A stretch of 64,000 bases of DNA from an uncultured virus (IMG/VR IMGVR_UViG_3300042923_001406) (lineage: Duplodnaviria; Heunggongvirae; Uroviricota; Caudoviricetes). This document shows positions 40,603 through 50,600 of this stretch, one piece after another (the first letter of the stretch is position 1; the number at the start of each line of letters is the position of its first letter). The notes below the pieces were generated by a model, which worked only from the letters and a program-made list of their open reading frames with translations, ran no database searches and had not been told where the DNA came from. The translations under genes were made by a program, and so were the position numbers. The stretch lies in the IMG/VR virus record IMGVR_UViG_3300042923_001406; one strand, written 5' to 3'.

Positions 40603-43600
40603 ATGATAAACAAAAGTAAAAGAATAATTTCATTAGTTATTTTAATAATGTTATTATTTACTAATATGCCACACGTTCATTTAGAATTACCATATTATTT
40701 TTATGATAATTTATTAAATAATGAGCATACACATGATGAAGACTGTAATCATAGCATAGAATTAGGAAATGAAGTGTTTGCAAATACTATACCTGAAGCC
40801 AATCAAGTATCTACTGGTTCTTATGGTGGATATACTGATGGAGGTATAATGGTTAAAGCAGATTTTTATGATACTAAGAGTTTAAGAATTGATAATAATA
40901 ATATACAAAAACAAGGATTAGAGTCATATATAAATTTTAACTCTAAAGCTGAAAGAGGTTACTTTGAAAGGGGTAATGGTATTTCAGGATTAACAATGGA
41001 AACTGCTAATTATACTACTTCAGGTAAAGATGGAAGAGAATTAGCTCAAATGTATGCTTTTGGTAAACATGGTGTAAGACCTGCTAGATTTTTAACAAGT
41101 CAAGATGGTGTAACTTACTCAGGTTTACAATATAATAATTATTATATATCACCAGAAAGTATAGTTGGTTATGATCCTAATGCTTATAAAAGTACAAATG
41201 GAATATTATCAGTTAATAATGAATATATGAAACAATTATTATTAGCTACTAATAATGGTAATAATTGGGATAAAGAAAAAATAAAAGAGACAATAAATAA
41301 ATTATGGAATGATTATGTTAAAAAGAATACAGTACAATCTATTCAATATCGTAAAGAATTTGCTTCATTATTTGGCTCTAGTGGAGCAAATATAAATTCA
41401 GTTACTTCTTTACCTTACTTAGAAAATTATATTAATAACATTTTAGTAAAAAATTCAACACCACCTGGTGCATCATTTAGTATAACTTCTAAAACACAAG
41501 AATTTTATATAAGACAATTATTTATGGCTTCTATGGCTTTAGTACTAGCTAATCCTTCGGACGGAGTATCTTTTACTGATGGTAATAGTGCAGGATCTAT
41601 GTATAAAGGGGATAAAATATTAAATAATTTAAACAAATGGATTGATGGTCAAGGTAATCATAAAGATAATGATTTTCATTTTGCTATTAAGTTAGAAGTT
41701 TATATATCAAGAGTTGCTAAAGATAAATCAAATGCTTTATTTGATAGATGGGATTATGCATATTGGGCTGCTACAGAAAATTCCTTTAGAGAAAAAATAG
41801 CTATAGTACCTGGATTGAATTTAGGTTATAGTAATCCAATGTATTATAGTTTTGGTGGAATTGAATATACAGATTCTAACAAAGATGTATTAAATAAACA
41901 ATTTTTAGAACAGATAAAACAAGCACATTCAAACGTTGGTATGGGTGTTAAACGTAGAAATAATTCTTTAGCTTATGATAGATTTCTTATGTTATCAAAA
42001 TGGCAAATAGATTCAGCAGGTACAATTAAGAATTTAGTTGTAAATGGTGTAGAAAAACCTTCATGGAATTATAAAGGTATACTAGAATTTAAAACGCCTG
42101 GATATTTGAAGAATAATCCTAATGTTACAATGAATACAGGGTTTGGATATATAGGAGTAACAGGAGAAATGGATGGTGAATCTTTAAAACCTAATCCTAA
42201 AATAAATTCAGAAGCTTTTACTGAGACAGCACTGGTAGAAAAAGATAAAAAAGGAGATGCAACATCATATATAGATTTTGTATTTCCTGATAAAAGAAGT
42301 TCTGATACAATATCTAACTACAAGCTTAAAATAGGTGTTGATGAATGGTATTCACAAGATGAAGAGTTAAACGGTTTACGTAAATTAATAGAAAGATGTA
42401 GAGATACTTCTCAAATAGCAAGTGGTTCAGAAAACTCAAGATTACCTGTAGAACTTAAAGTAGTTAGAAGTATAGTTAATGGTGGTCAGGCAGGAAAAAT
42501 ATTTGATGATGCTATGTTAAGTTCAACCGTTTTACATACTTGTGGTCAACATAATCTTACAATAGAAGATTCTGGTAATGGAACAGCTATAGTTAGGTTT
42601 AATATAGTACCTTCGTCTGGTAATTGTCCAAATAGTATTTTAAATAGAATTGAATCACCTATAAAGAAAGCACAAGGTAAAACTGGAGTAGATGCTTTTA
42701 CTGAAATAAATAATTGTGTGATTGATTCTCTATTTAGTAAAGATAGATGGAGTAGAATTAAATTTAAAGATACTGATATAGAAATAACTAGCGTTGAAGG
42801 TGGTACAACAGTTGTTAATTATGATTATTCATATACAATAAAAACACCTACGTTTAAAGAAAATATACCAGCATATGGTGATTCTACAAAAGATTTAATG
42901 AGGAAGTCAAATAATTATATTGGTAAAGGTTATGAGGTAGTTCCAGAAGGTGGAGTAGTTTATCCAAATTCAGACTGGATTAATTCAGGAGATGGTAAAT
43001 ATATAACTAGTTCTACTATAAGAAGATCTGTTACATTTAGACGTACTTCTGAAACACCTTCATATACTAATTTTGAACATGAGAAGAAAAATGATTTTTA
43101 TTCAGAGATAAAACAAGGATCGCCTACTAATGAAACATTTGAAGCTATGTCTGGGGTACCAACGACAAGAGATTTGTATATAAGTGTAAGTGGTACAGAT
43201 TTTAGAGTAGATTTTAATGCATCAAATGAAGCAAGACTAAACCCAAATTCTTATAGAACTTATACATATATAGTAAATGTAAATAGTTGTACTGGAGATC
43301 CTAGCCCTAAAGAATGTGCTGGACCTTGCGGTAGCTGTGGAAATCCTTGTCCTGGACATCCTGGACCAGAAGGTAGTACTATTACACATAGTAGTCATAT
43401 ACAGCATACTATACAACATCCTCAAAATCATACTTGGACATATAATATTCATATACCAATTGAAGCATTTACATATTTTGATATGAAAGATACAGAAGTA
43501 TGGAGATTAGCAGAATGGGGTTTAAAAGGTGGAGAAGAATTTTTACAAATACCTAACCCTACATATCAAATGGGGACACAAGGTTGGGTTTACAATCAAC

Positions 43601-46600
43601 AAAATTATTCTTCTATGAATGGTAGATTAATATTTTCACAAGCTATGAATAGTAATGCACAAAGTAATAATGCTAAATTTGGAGACAACAGTAGAGTTTT
43701 TAATGTATCTGGTTCAAGTGGTGAGTCGACAGCATTAACTGAAGCTTTATCTTTGGTAAATAATGCTAAAAATAGTGAGGCTTCTTTTAAAGCTACAATA
43801 GTATCAGATTATGTAGTTTTAAAGACTTCCGAAGGATATCAAGTACCTTATTTCTTTACACAAGAAACCGATACACAAGCTAAACCAAGTACAGCACCTA
43901 ATTTTACAAGTAAAGGTGGTACGTCTACTACAACTGATATATTAAAAGTAAATAAACAATTAACTATAGATGATTTTTGGAATAGAAATAGTAATAAGTT
44001 AACAGCAGCTACTAAATCTAATGGTTGGTCCACACAATCTATAACGTATGCTGGATATAATAGTGATTATTCAAATATAAATGATAAATACGTTAATAAT
44101 GTGCACAAAGATTTTATTAATTCTAGTAATCCATTAGAACAAGCACTGATAAAATATGGGTTAACATTATCACAAACATATCCAAACCAAAAGAAAGATG
44201 GTACAGGAACTACAACATTTGGTAAAGATAAAGCTAATAAAGATCATATTAAAACAGGATTATCATTTATAGATGGGCATTCATCAAATAAAATTAATAA
44301 CAATAGACCATCTAATGGAGAATATAATACAGGTACTACATGGTTAAAATATAATAGAATATCTATGTACGTAAATAATTCTGATAAAGGTGAGAAAACT
44401 GTTTATAAAGGAAAATTTGACATTAATGGAGCAGGAACTTGGACTAAAAATAATATACCTTATTTTGCAGGTGCAGATAAAGTTAATAATATAGTTGTAC
44501 ACGATCCTGTAAGTACAGAATATTCAGTAGTTTTAACAAATCCAAGTGAATTAGATAAACGTACAAATGCAAAATTAATGCAAGGTGGAGACCCTATTGG
44601 ATTACAGGGTGGTTTTTGTCCTTTGTTTGGATGTCAATTTAGTACTCTAGAATGTAATGAACCTTTAGTACCACATACAGCGTCGTGTTATTCTTTAGTA
44701 GTAGATGATATACAACATATAGGTGGAAATAATTCACACGAACATACATCTGAATGTTATCATGTACATACAGAAGCTTGTTATCCTGTTGTAAATAATG
44801 AATGTACTTGTAGTCATTGTGGTAATGTTAACTGCTCAAATTATTGTGGTAACCATAGATACAATTGCTCTTATGATTGTCCTGTTAATAATTATCTTGG
44901 AGGTGTAAATGGTAGTCAAACTAAAACAGGTAGAATTAATTATGAATCAACTAGTAAGGGGACAGATTTTCTTATATTTACTGCATTAGGCAATGGTTCA
45001 GTTGAATTTTATTCTACAGATTATGGTGATGATCCTAGAGGTAGAGTATATATTAATAATGATTTAATAGAAAATAATGATGACGGTGGTTCTCATTTAA
45101 ATTTTAATTGTGGTACAATTAATTTTAAAAAAGATGATATAATAAGATTAAATGTGTATAATTATGGTAGTACAAGTTCTTCTTGGGCAGATGTTGTAGC
45201 AGTAATAAATCAAACTATATTACCTATATGTGGTAAAGGAGAAATGGATTGTACAAATATACCTAATAAACACGTTTGTACATCTCAATGTAAAACATCT
45301 TATAAACAAACATTAACATGTAGTAATCCTCATCATTATAAACCGGGTGAGCCTACTGATATAAATAACCCTAAATATCATTATGATTTAGGAGATCCTA
45401 GATGTTGGAAAAGATGTGGAAATGACCAAAATCATGGAACTAAAATATCAATACCATTAGAAGATAGTGGAGGTACAGCTGAATTAGGTGGGGTATTTAT
45501 AAATTTAGATAGAGAATTTAAAATATATTATCCATTTATAGGAGATTTTGCTCAAAATCCATCTTTACAAGGAATTTCTGAAACTACTAAAACAAGAGGT
45601 AAGGGCTATTCAAACGAAATGGATACATTTGAATGGACTGCACATAGATGGGTAAGATTTCCAGTAAATGTAATAGATCCAAAAGGTAATATGAGATTAG
45701 CTTGGGAACAAATAGATTTAAATGAGTTTTCTACGACTAATACAGAATTTACTTTTTATTGTGTCCTTAATAATAATGAAATGGCTAAGTCAGAAGTTAA
45801 ATTTACTAGTACAGCTGATAATTTAAATGATGCTGTAGGAATAACAGATGATTATTATGATGAATCAGATAATGAAACTAATAAAAATAGACCTGATAAT
45901 ATATACAAAGCAAAACATACCGCACATAAGAGTGTTTATATAGATGTAGTTGGTTCATTAGGTTCATTAACATTACATGATACAGGTGATTTTAGATTTG
46001 CCAACTTCTTTAAAGAAAATAAAGGAGATGGAACTGATATTATACCTAATTTAGTGCCAAATGTCTATTTACATAAACCTAATAATATAGTATCAGATAC
46101 AGTTAATTCAAGATTAGATAATATAACTAAAAGTATAAAATGGTTAGATACTTATGGTAATATGCATTCTGATATTGGTGGTAAATCTGGTGGTTTAAAT
46201 AATTTAAAAACACCTTATAAATTACCTTTAGTTCCAAAATATAATAATATATCTGAATTAAGAAAACAATTAATGAGACCAGGTTATAATTTATATATGG
46301 ATGCTGAAACTATTGGTAATTATTATGGTGAAAATTTAGATGATACAGCAGAACAATTTATAGATAGTAGTCTACAGAATAAGATGCAAATAGAACCACA
46401 ATATTATTCTTTAGATTTAAACACAGGAATTTATACTCCTGTAGACGTTTATTATGGTATAAATAACGATTTTATGTTAGTAAATGATTATATATCTGGT
46501 GATAATTCAGTACCACTACAAAATCATTACTTATATTTAGATTGGTTAAATGAATCAGATAGACGTAATACAACAATAAAAGAAAAAGAAGCAACAACTA

Positions 46601-47160
46601 GTGTAGTTAATTATCGTACAGAGCAAGTATATAATACTAAATCAAAGGTAAGACAACCTAATACATCTAAAGATATAATAGGTTCAGCAGATATATTATA
46701 CTTATCTGATGTTAATAGAACTTTTATAGGTTCTAGTAAAACTTATGGAGTAAACAAAAATCCAGGTAGTTTATTAAACGAAGTTGGATATCAAGAACAA
46801 TCTCAAAGATGGAATTTTACGGTAAATGTACCTTCATCTTCTGTATTTGTAGAGGCTGGAAAAGAGTGTAATGAAATAAATATAAAAACTTTACAATCAG
46901 AAAATAGAGTAATAGTAGGTACGTTAGATTTAAAAGTAAGAGGTAGTGTTTGGACTTTACAGTATGATGGTTCTAAAATGAATAACTTAGGATTTCAAAT
47001 ATTTGATGGTGGAAAAAGTTACACAACACCTAAATTTGATGATAAAGGAAAACCTACAACAGATCCAAATAAAGATGTTACTTCTAGGAATCCAATAGTA
47101 GTTGTATATTCTTCTACTAAAACTTCTAAAGATGATATAGAGTCTGGTGGTACACACTAG
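40603..47160 (+). CDS. Giant secreted Cys/His-rich surface protein (2185 aa), probable pilus-associated adhesin
   Basis: Signal peptide; last gene of the Tad locus; Cys/His clusters; beta-rich Gly/Thr/Asn composition; no LPxTG or C-terminal TM. Confidence 0.7.
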   Translation: MINKSKRIISLVILIMLLFTNMPHVHLELPYYFYDNLLNNEHTHDEDCNHSIELGNEVFANTIPEANQVSTGSYGGYTDGGIMVKADFYDTKSLRIDNNNIQKQGLESYINFNSKAERGYFERGNGISGLTMETANYTTSGKDGRELAQMYAFGKHGVRPARFLTSQDGVTYSGLQYNNYYISPESIVGYDPNAYKSTNGILSVNNEYMKQLLLATNNGNNWDKEKIKETINKLWNDYVKKNTVQSIQYRKEFASLFGSSGANINSVTSLPYLENYINNILVKNSTPPGASFSITSKTQEFYIRQLFMASMALVLANPSDGVSFTDGNSAGSMYKGDKILNNLNKWIDGQGNHKDNDFHFAIKLEVYISRVAKDKSNALFDRWDYAYWAATENSFREKIAIVPGLNLGYSNPMYYSFGGIEYTDSNKDVLNKQFLEQIKQAHSNVGMGVKRRNNSLAYDRFLMLSKWQIDSAGTIKNLVVNGVEKPSWNYKGILEFKTPGYLKNNPNVTMNTGFGYIGVTGEMDGESLKPNPKINSEAFTETALVEKDKKGDATSYIDFVFPDKRSSDTISNYKLKIGVDEWYSQDEELNGLRKLIERCRDTSQIASGSENSRLPVELKVVRSIVNGGQAGKIFDDAMLSSTVLHTCGQHNLTIEDSGNGTAIVRFNIVPSSGNCPNSILNRIESPIKKAQGKTGVDAFTEINNCVIDSLFSKDRWSRIKFKDTDIEITSVEGGTTVVNYDYSYTIKTPTFKENIPAYGDSTKDLMRKSNNYIGKGYEVVPEGGVVYPNSDWINSGDGKYITSSTIRRSVTFRRTSETPSYTNFEHEKKNDFYSEIKQGSPTNETFEAMSGVPTTRDLYISVSGTDFRVDFNASNEARLNPNSYRTYTYIVNVNSCTGDPSPKECAGPCGSCGNPCPGHPGPEGSTITHSSHIQHTIQHPQNHTWTYNIHIPIEAFTYFDMKDTEVWRLAEWGLKGGEEFLQIPNPTYQMGTQGWVYNQQNYSSMNGRLIFSQAMNSNAQSNNAKFGDNSRVFNVSGSSGESTALTEALSLVNNAKNSEASFKATIVSDYVVLKTSEGYQVPYFFTQETDTQAKPSTAPNFTSKGGTSTTTDILKVNKQLTIDDFWNRNSNKLTAATKSNGWSTQSITYAGYNSDYSNINDKYVNNVHKDFINSSNPLEQALIKYGLTLSQTYPNQKKDGTGTTTFGKDKANKDHIKTGLSFIDGHSSNKINNNRPSNGEYNTGTTWLKYNRISMYVNNSDKGEKTVYKGKFDINGAGTWTKNNIPYFAGADKVNNIVVHDPVSTEYSVVLTNPSELDKRTNAKLMQGGDPIGLQGGFCPLFGCQFSTLECNEPLVPHTASCYSLVVDDIQHIGGNNSHEHTSECYHVHTEACYPVVNNECTCSHCGNVNCSNYCGNHRYNCSYDCPVNNYLGGVNGSQTKTGRINYESTSKGTDFLIFTALGNGSVEFYSTDYGDDPRGRVYINNDLIENNDDGGSHLNFNCGTINFKKDDIIRLNVYNYGSTSSSWADVVAVINQTILPICGKGEMDCTNIPNKHVCTSQCKTSYKQTLTCSNPHHYKPGEPTDINNPKYHYDLGDPRCWKRCGNDQNHGTKISIPLEDSGGTAELGGVFINLDREFKIYYPFIGDFAQNPSLQGISETTKTRGKGYSNEMDTFEWTAHRWVRFPVNVIDPKGNMRLAWEQIDLNEFSTTNTEFTFYCVLNNNEMAKSEVKFTSTADNLNDAVGITDDYYDESDNETNKNRPDNIYKAKHTAHKSVYIDVVGSLGSLTLHDTGDFRFANFFKENKGDGTDIIPNLVPNVYLHKPNNIVSDTVNSRLDNITKSIKWLDTYGNMHSDIGGKSGGLNNLKTPYKLPLVPKYNNISELRKQLMRPGYNLYMDAETIGNYYGENLDDTAEQFIDSSLQNKMQIEPQYYSLDLNTGIYTPVDVYYGINNDFMLVNDYISGDNSVPLQNHYLYLDWLNESDRRNTTIKEKEATTSVVNYRTEQVYNTKSKVRQPNTSKDIIGSADILYLSDVNRTFIGSSKTYGVNKNPGSLLNEVGYQEQSQRWNFTVNVPSSSVFVEAGKECNEINIKTLQSENRVIVGTLDLKVRGSVWTLQYDGSKMNNLGFQIFDGGKSYTTPKFDDKGKPTTDPNKDVTSRNPIVVVYSSTKTSKDDIESGGTH

Positions 47161-47176
47161 AATTTATTTTTTAAAA

Positions 47177-47216
47177 AGTATTCCCTCTGAGACATATATA
47201 CTTGGAGGGAAATACT
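47177..47216. terminator. Terminator-like hairpin AGTATTCCCTCTGAG...CTTGGAGGGAAATACT ending the Tad operon
   Basis: Long imperfect GC-rich stem in the 111-bp gap between the adhesin and the RNAP cluster. Confidence 0.65.
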
Positions 47217-47271
47217 CCATTTATAAAGCGTGTTTTAAAAATAAAATAAATATAATAAAGGAGAATAAAGT

Positions 47272-47676
47272 ATGAGTTTTACAATTTGTGGTATTGCAAA
47301 GATTGAAGATGAATATAAAAATATTATATTCAATGAAAATGAGGTGTTTAATGATTCAAAATTAAAAGAATTAATTTATTCAACAGAATTTGGTGAAGTA
47401 GAAGCAATGATAGGATTTAGAGATTTAGATATAGTAGAGATTTCTATTGATGATTCTATAGTTCATAATGCAAGAGTATTTTTAAGAGATAATGAATTTG
47501 CTAAAGGTATAATTTTCTTAAGAGAGGGTTCATTAATAATAAATGATTTAACGTTCTTTAGTGCTTATACAAGAAAGAATGAACAGAACATACCTTATAT
47601 TTCTCTTATTGAATCAAATACTTATGAAGATGAAGAAGCAGCAACTCTTATAGAGGAAGATTTAAGACTACAATAA
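47272..47676 (+). CDS. Hypothetical acidic protein (134 aa), first gene of the RNAP cluster
   Basis: AAGGAG RBS. Confidence 0.75.
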   Translation: MSFTICGIAKIEDEYKNIIFNENEVFNDSKLKELIYSTEFGEVEAMIGFRDLDIVEISIDDSIVHNARVFLRDNEFAKGIIFLREGSLIINDLTFFSAYTRKNEQNIPYISLIESNTYEDEEAATLIEEDLRLQ

Positions 47677-47691
47677 TAATGGAGGTGTTAA

Positions 47692-50600
47692 ATGAGCTCA
47701 TTTAATGCTAAAACTAAAACTCTTATTCTTGGAAATAAGAAGTTAGATAAGATAATTGATAGTTATAGAGAGTCTGATAGTTATATATCTTATAATAGAT
47801 ATATAACTGAGGGTCTGAAAAAAGATATAGAAGAAATATTAATACCTGAAATTAATAAATTATCAGATAATGTTAAAATTTCATTACACGATAAATCTAT
47901 AATAGTAGAAAAAGATAAAGATTTTAGTAACTCAATATTCAATAAAGTAAGATTATCTTTTTTAGTACCTAATATGCCTGACGCAAAAACATTCAATTTT
48001 AAAGATTATGAGACAAATCCATTTTTATTTTTTAAATTACCTTATATGGAAAAGAGTGGTATATTACTAAATAAAGATAAAAGATATACAGTTATAAATT
48101 CATTAAAATTAGATGATGATATAACTTACGATACAAAAACATTAAAAGTAGTAGATAATGGACATTCTTTTACTATAACAGGTGGTATAAATCCTAAATT
48201 TGAAATGTTTGGTACAGGAGTATATTTAGTAGATTTTATAATAATGATGTATAAGTATGATTACCCAATTAATGATTCTGGTAAAGAATTAGTATATGAC
48301 TATTTAAAGAATGTAGTTAATACTGATGTTAATAATTATATATCAGGTAAAAATAAAGATTATATAAGAGACAAAGATTTAGATATAGACACTAGGGACA
48401 GATATATTAGACAGCTAATAGGGTTGCATAATGATAATAAATCAAAAGAGTTTTATTTTAATGAGAAAATAGAAAACGGTTATTTAGATACTACAAATTC
48501 AAGATTTTATTTAAATAAAATTTTATCGTTAAACAATGCTATAGGTAAATTAATATCAAGAGATATTAATAAAGACAATGGAGAGACTATTGTCAAAAAA
48601 GGAAGTATTATAACAAAAGATGTAGTTAAAATCTTACACAAAAATCTTATAGATACAATATATGTAGAAAATATACCAAGTATAGGTGGACAATACATAG
48701 GTGATAATATATTAATAGGTAATATATTACCTAAAGGAACACCTATATGTAAAGAATTAGTTAGATATTTTCCTGAATTATCTAATTATACAACAGCACC
48801 TAGAGATTTTTTAACATCAAATAATGAACCTATAATTATTTTAAAAGATACATTAATAACTAATAAGTTATTAGATACATTATTATATTTAGGTAAAAAT
48901 GAATTTTATTACAAAGAAAGTATAAAAACAAAGAAATTATTAATAGCAAGCTTTGAAGAAGAGTATTGTAATAATAGACATTTTCCAGTAGAAGATTTAG
49001 ACCAAGATATAATAAATCAAATAGATCAAAAACCTATAATGACAGAAGAAGATGAAGAAAATGTAGATTTAGAAGAATATGATGACGATGATTCTATATT
49101 TGGAGACTATGTATTTATAGATAAAAATGGTAATATAAGTAAAGAATCTAATAAATTAACTTGTCATGATTGTGTAGCTTTATTATCACTATATACTAAA
49201 TTAAATACAGGAAAACATTATGATTTATTTTCAGACCCTGATTTAGGTTTAAGAAAAAAGGTAGATCAAATATATAATCATTTCCATAATTCATTTATTA
49301 GTACAACTAAAAAAATTATAAGAATGAAACAAACAACTATAAAAAATTATATGAGTTCTGCTGTTCATTTAAAAAATGTAAGTAAATTAGAAGAGATATT
49401 CAAACAGTTTAGTGTAGAATTTTTTAGATATTTACAATCTGATTTAAAAGTAATAGATAATTTAGATATAACAAATCCAGTATCAATGATATCTTCTTTA
49501 ACAAAGATAAATACTATAGTTAAAGATCAAGATTCTATTGCTGATTCAATGAGATTATTAACTATGGGTCATTATGGTAGAATATGTCCATATGAAACAC
49601 CCCAATCAAAGAAGTTAGGTATAGTTAATAATTATGCTAGTGAATGTATAATAGAAAAGGGTAAAATGTATACTTCATATTATAAATTAGAAAATAAAAA
49701 TGGTAATATGTATGTAAACTTTAATCCTATACGAATGACTATAGAAGAAGAAGAAAATTATAGAATAGCTGATATAAGAGATATAGATTATAATGATGAT
49801 GGTCTTATATTAACTAAAGCTAAAGTCTTATCTAGGATACCCCTTAAAAATAGTTTAGAAAAAATGACAATAGCTTATGTAGATATAATGGATGTACAAT
49901 ACATTTCTATTTCATATAATCAACATATATCTATTGCAGGAACAACAATACCTTTTGCAGGTGGAAATGACGCTGCTAGAACTACATTTGGATTAGCTAT
50001 GGTTAAACAGGCAAAAGGATTAGTTAAAGGTGAGATACCTATAATAAATACAACAGGGTTTTTAAATATAGTTAATATGACTGAGTTCTATAAGATATTT
50101 GCAGAAGATGATGGAAGAGTATTAGAATTAAATAGTTCAAGTATAATAGTATTATATAAAAATAATAATATGGTAAAATATGAATTTGAACCTATGACTT
50201 TAAGTTTTGACACAATAGTATTAAGAGTAGTTAAAGTAAATAAAAATGATACAATTAAAAAAGGACAAACTCTTGTTTCATCAAATTTTGTAAAAGATGA
50301 TTGTATGGTTTTAGGGGTTAACGCTTTAGTAGGATACATAATAGATGGGTATAATTATGAAGATGGTATACCATGTAGTGAACGAGTAGCAAATAAATTA
50401 ACTTCTTATGGTGTTCATTCAGAGAAAATCCCTATATCTAAAAGTAAAAAATCACCTGCTATAATAAATGTTAATTACAATCAGTATATAGAAGAAGACA
50501 ATACGTTATTTAAGTTAAGTTCTAAATCTGATACAGACATAAGAACAATTATAAGTAATAGAGTCATGGCTAAAAAATCTAGAGGTTTTATTGCTAGAGC

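Noticed and set aside
25741..47271. SigA promoters from TATAAT hexamers in intergenic gaps (e.g. 25780, 29704, 32381, 47251)
   Set aside because: No matching TTGACA at proper spacing, several are too close to the RBS, and TATAAT is common by chance at this AT content
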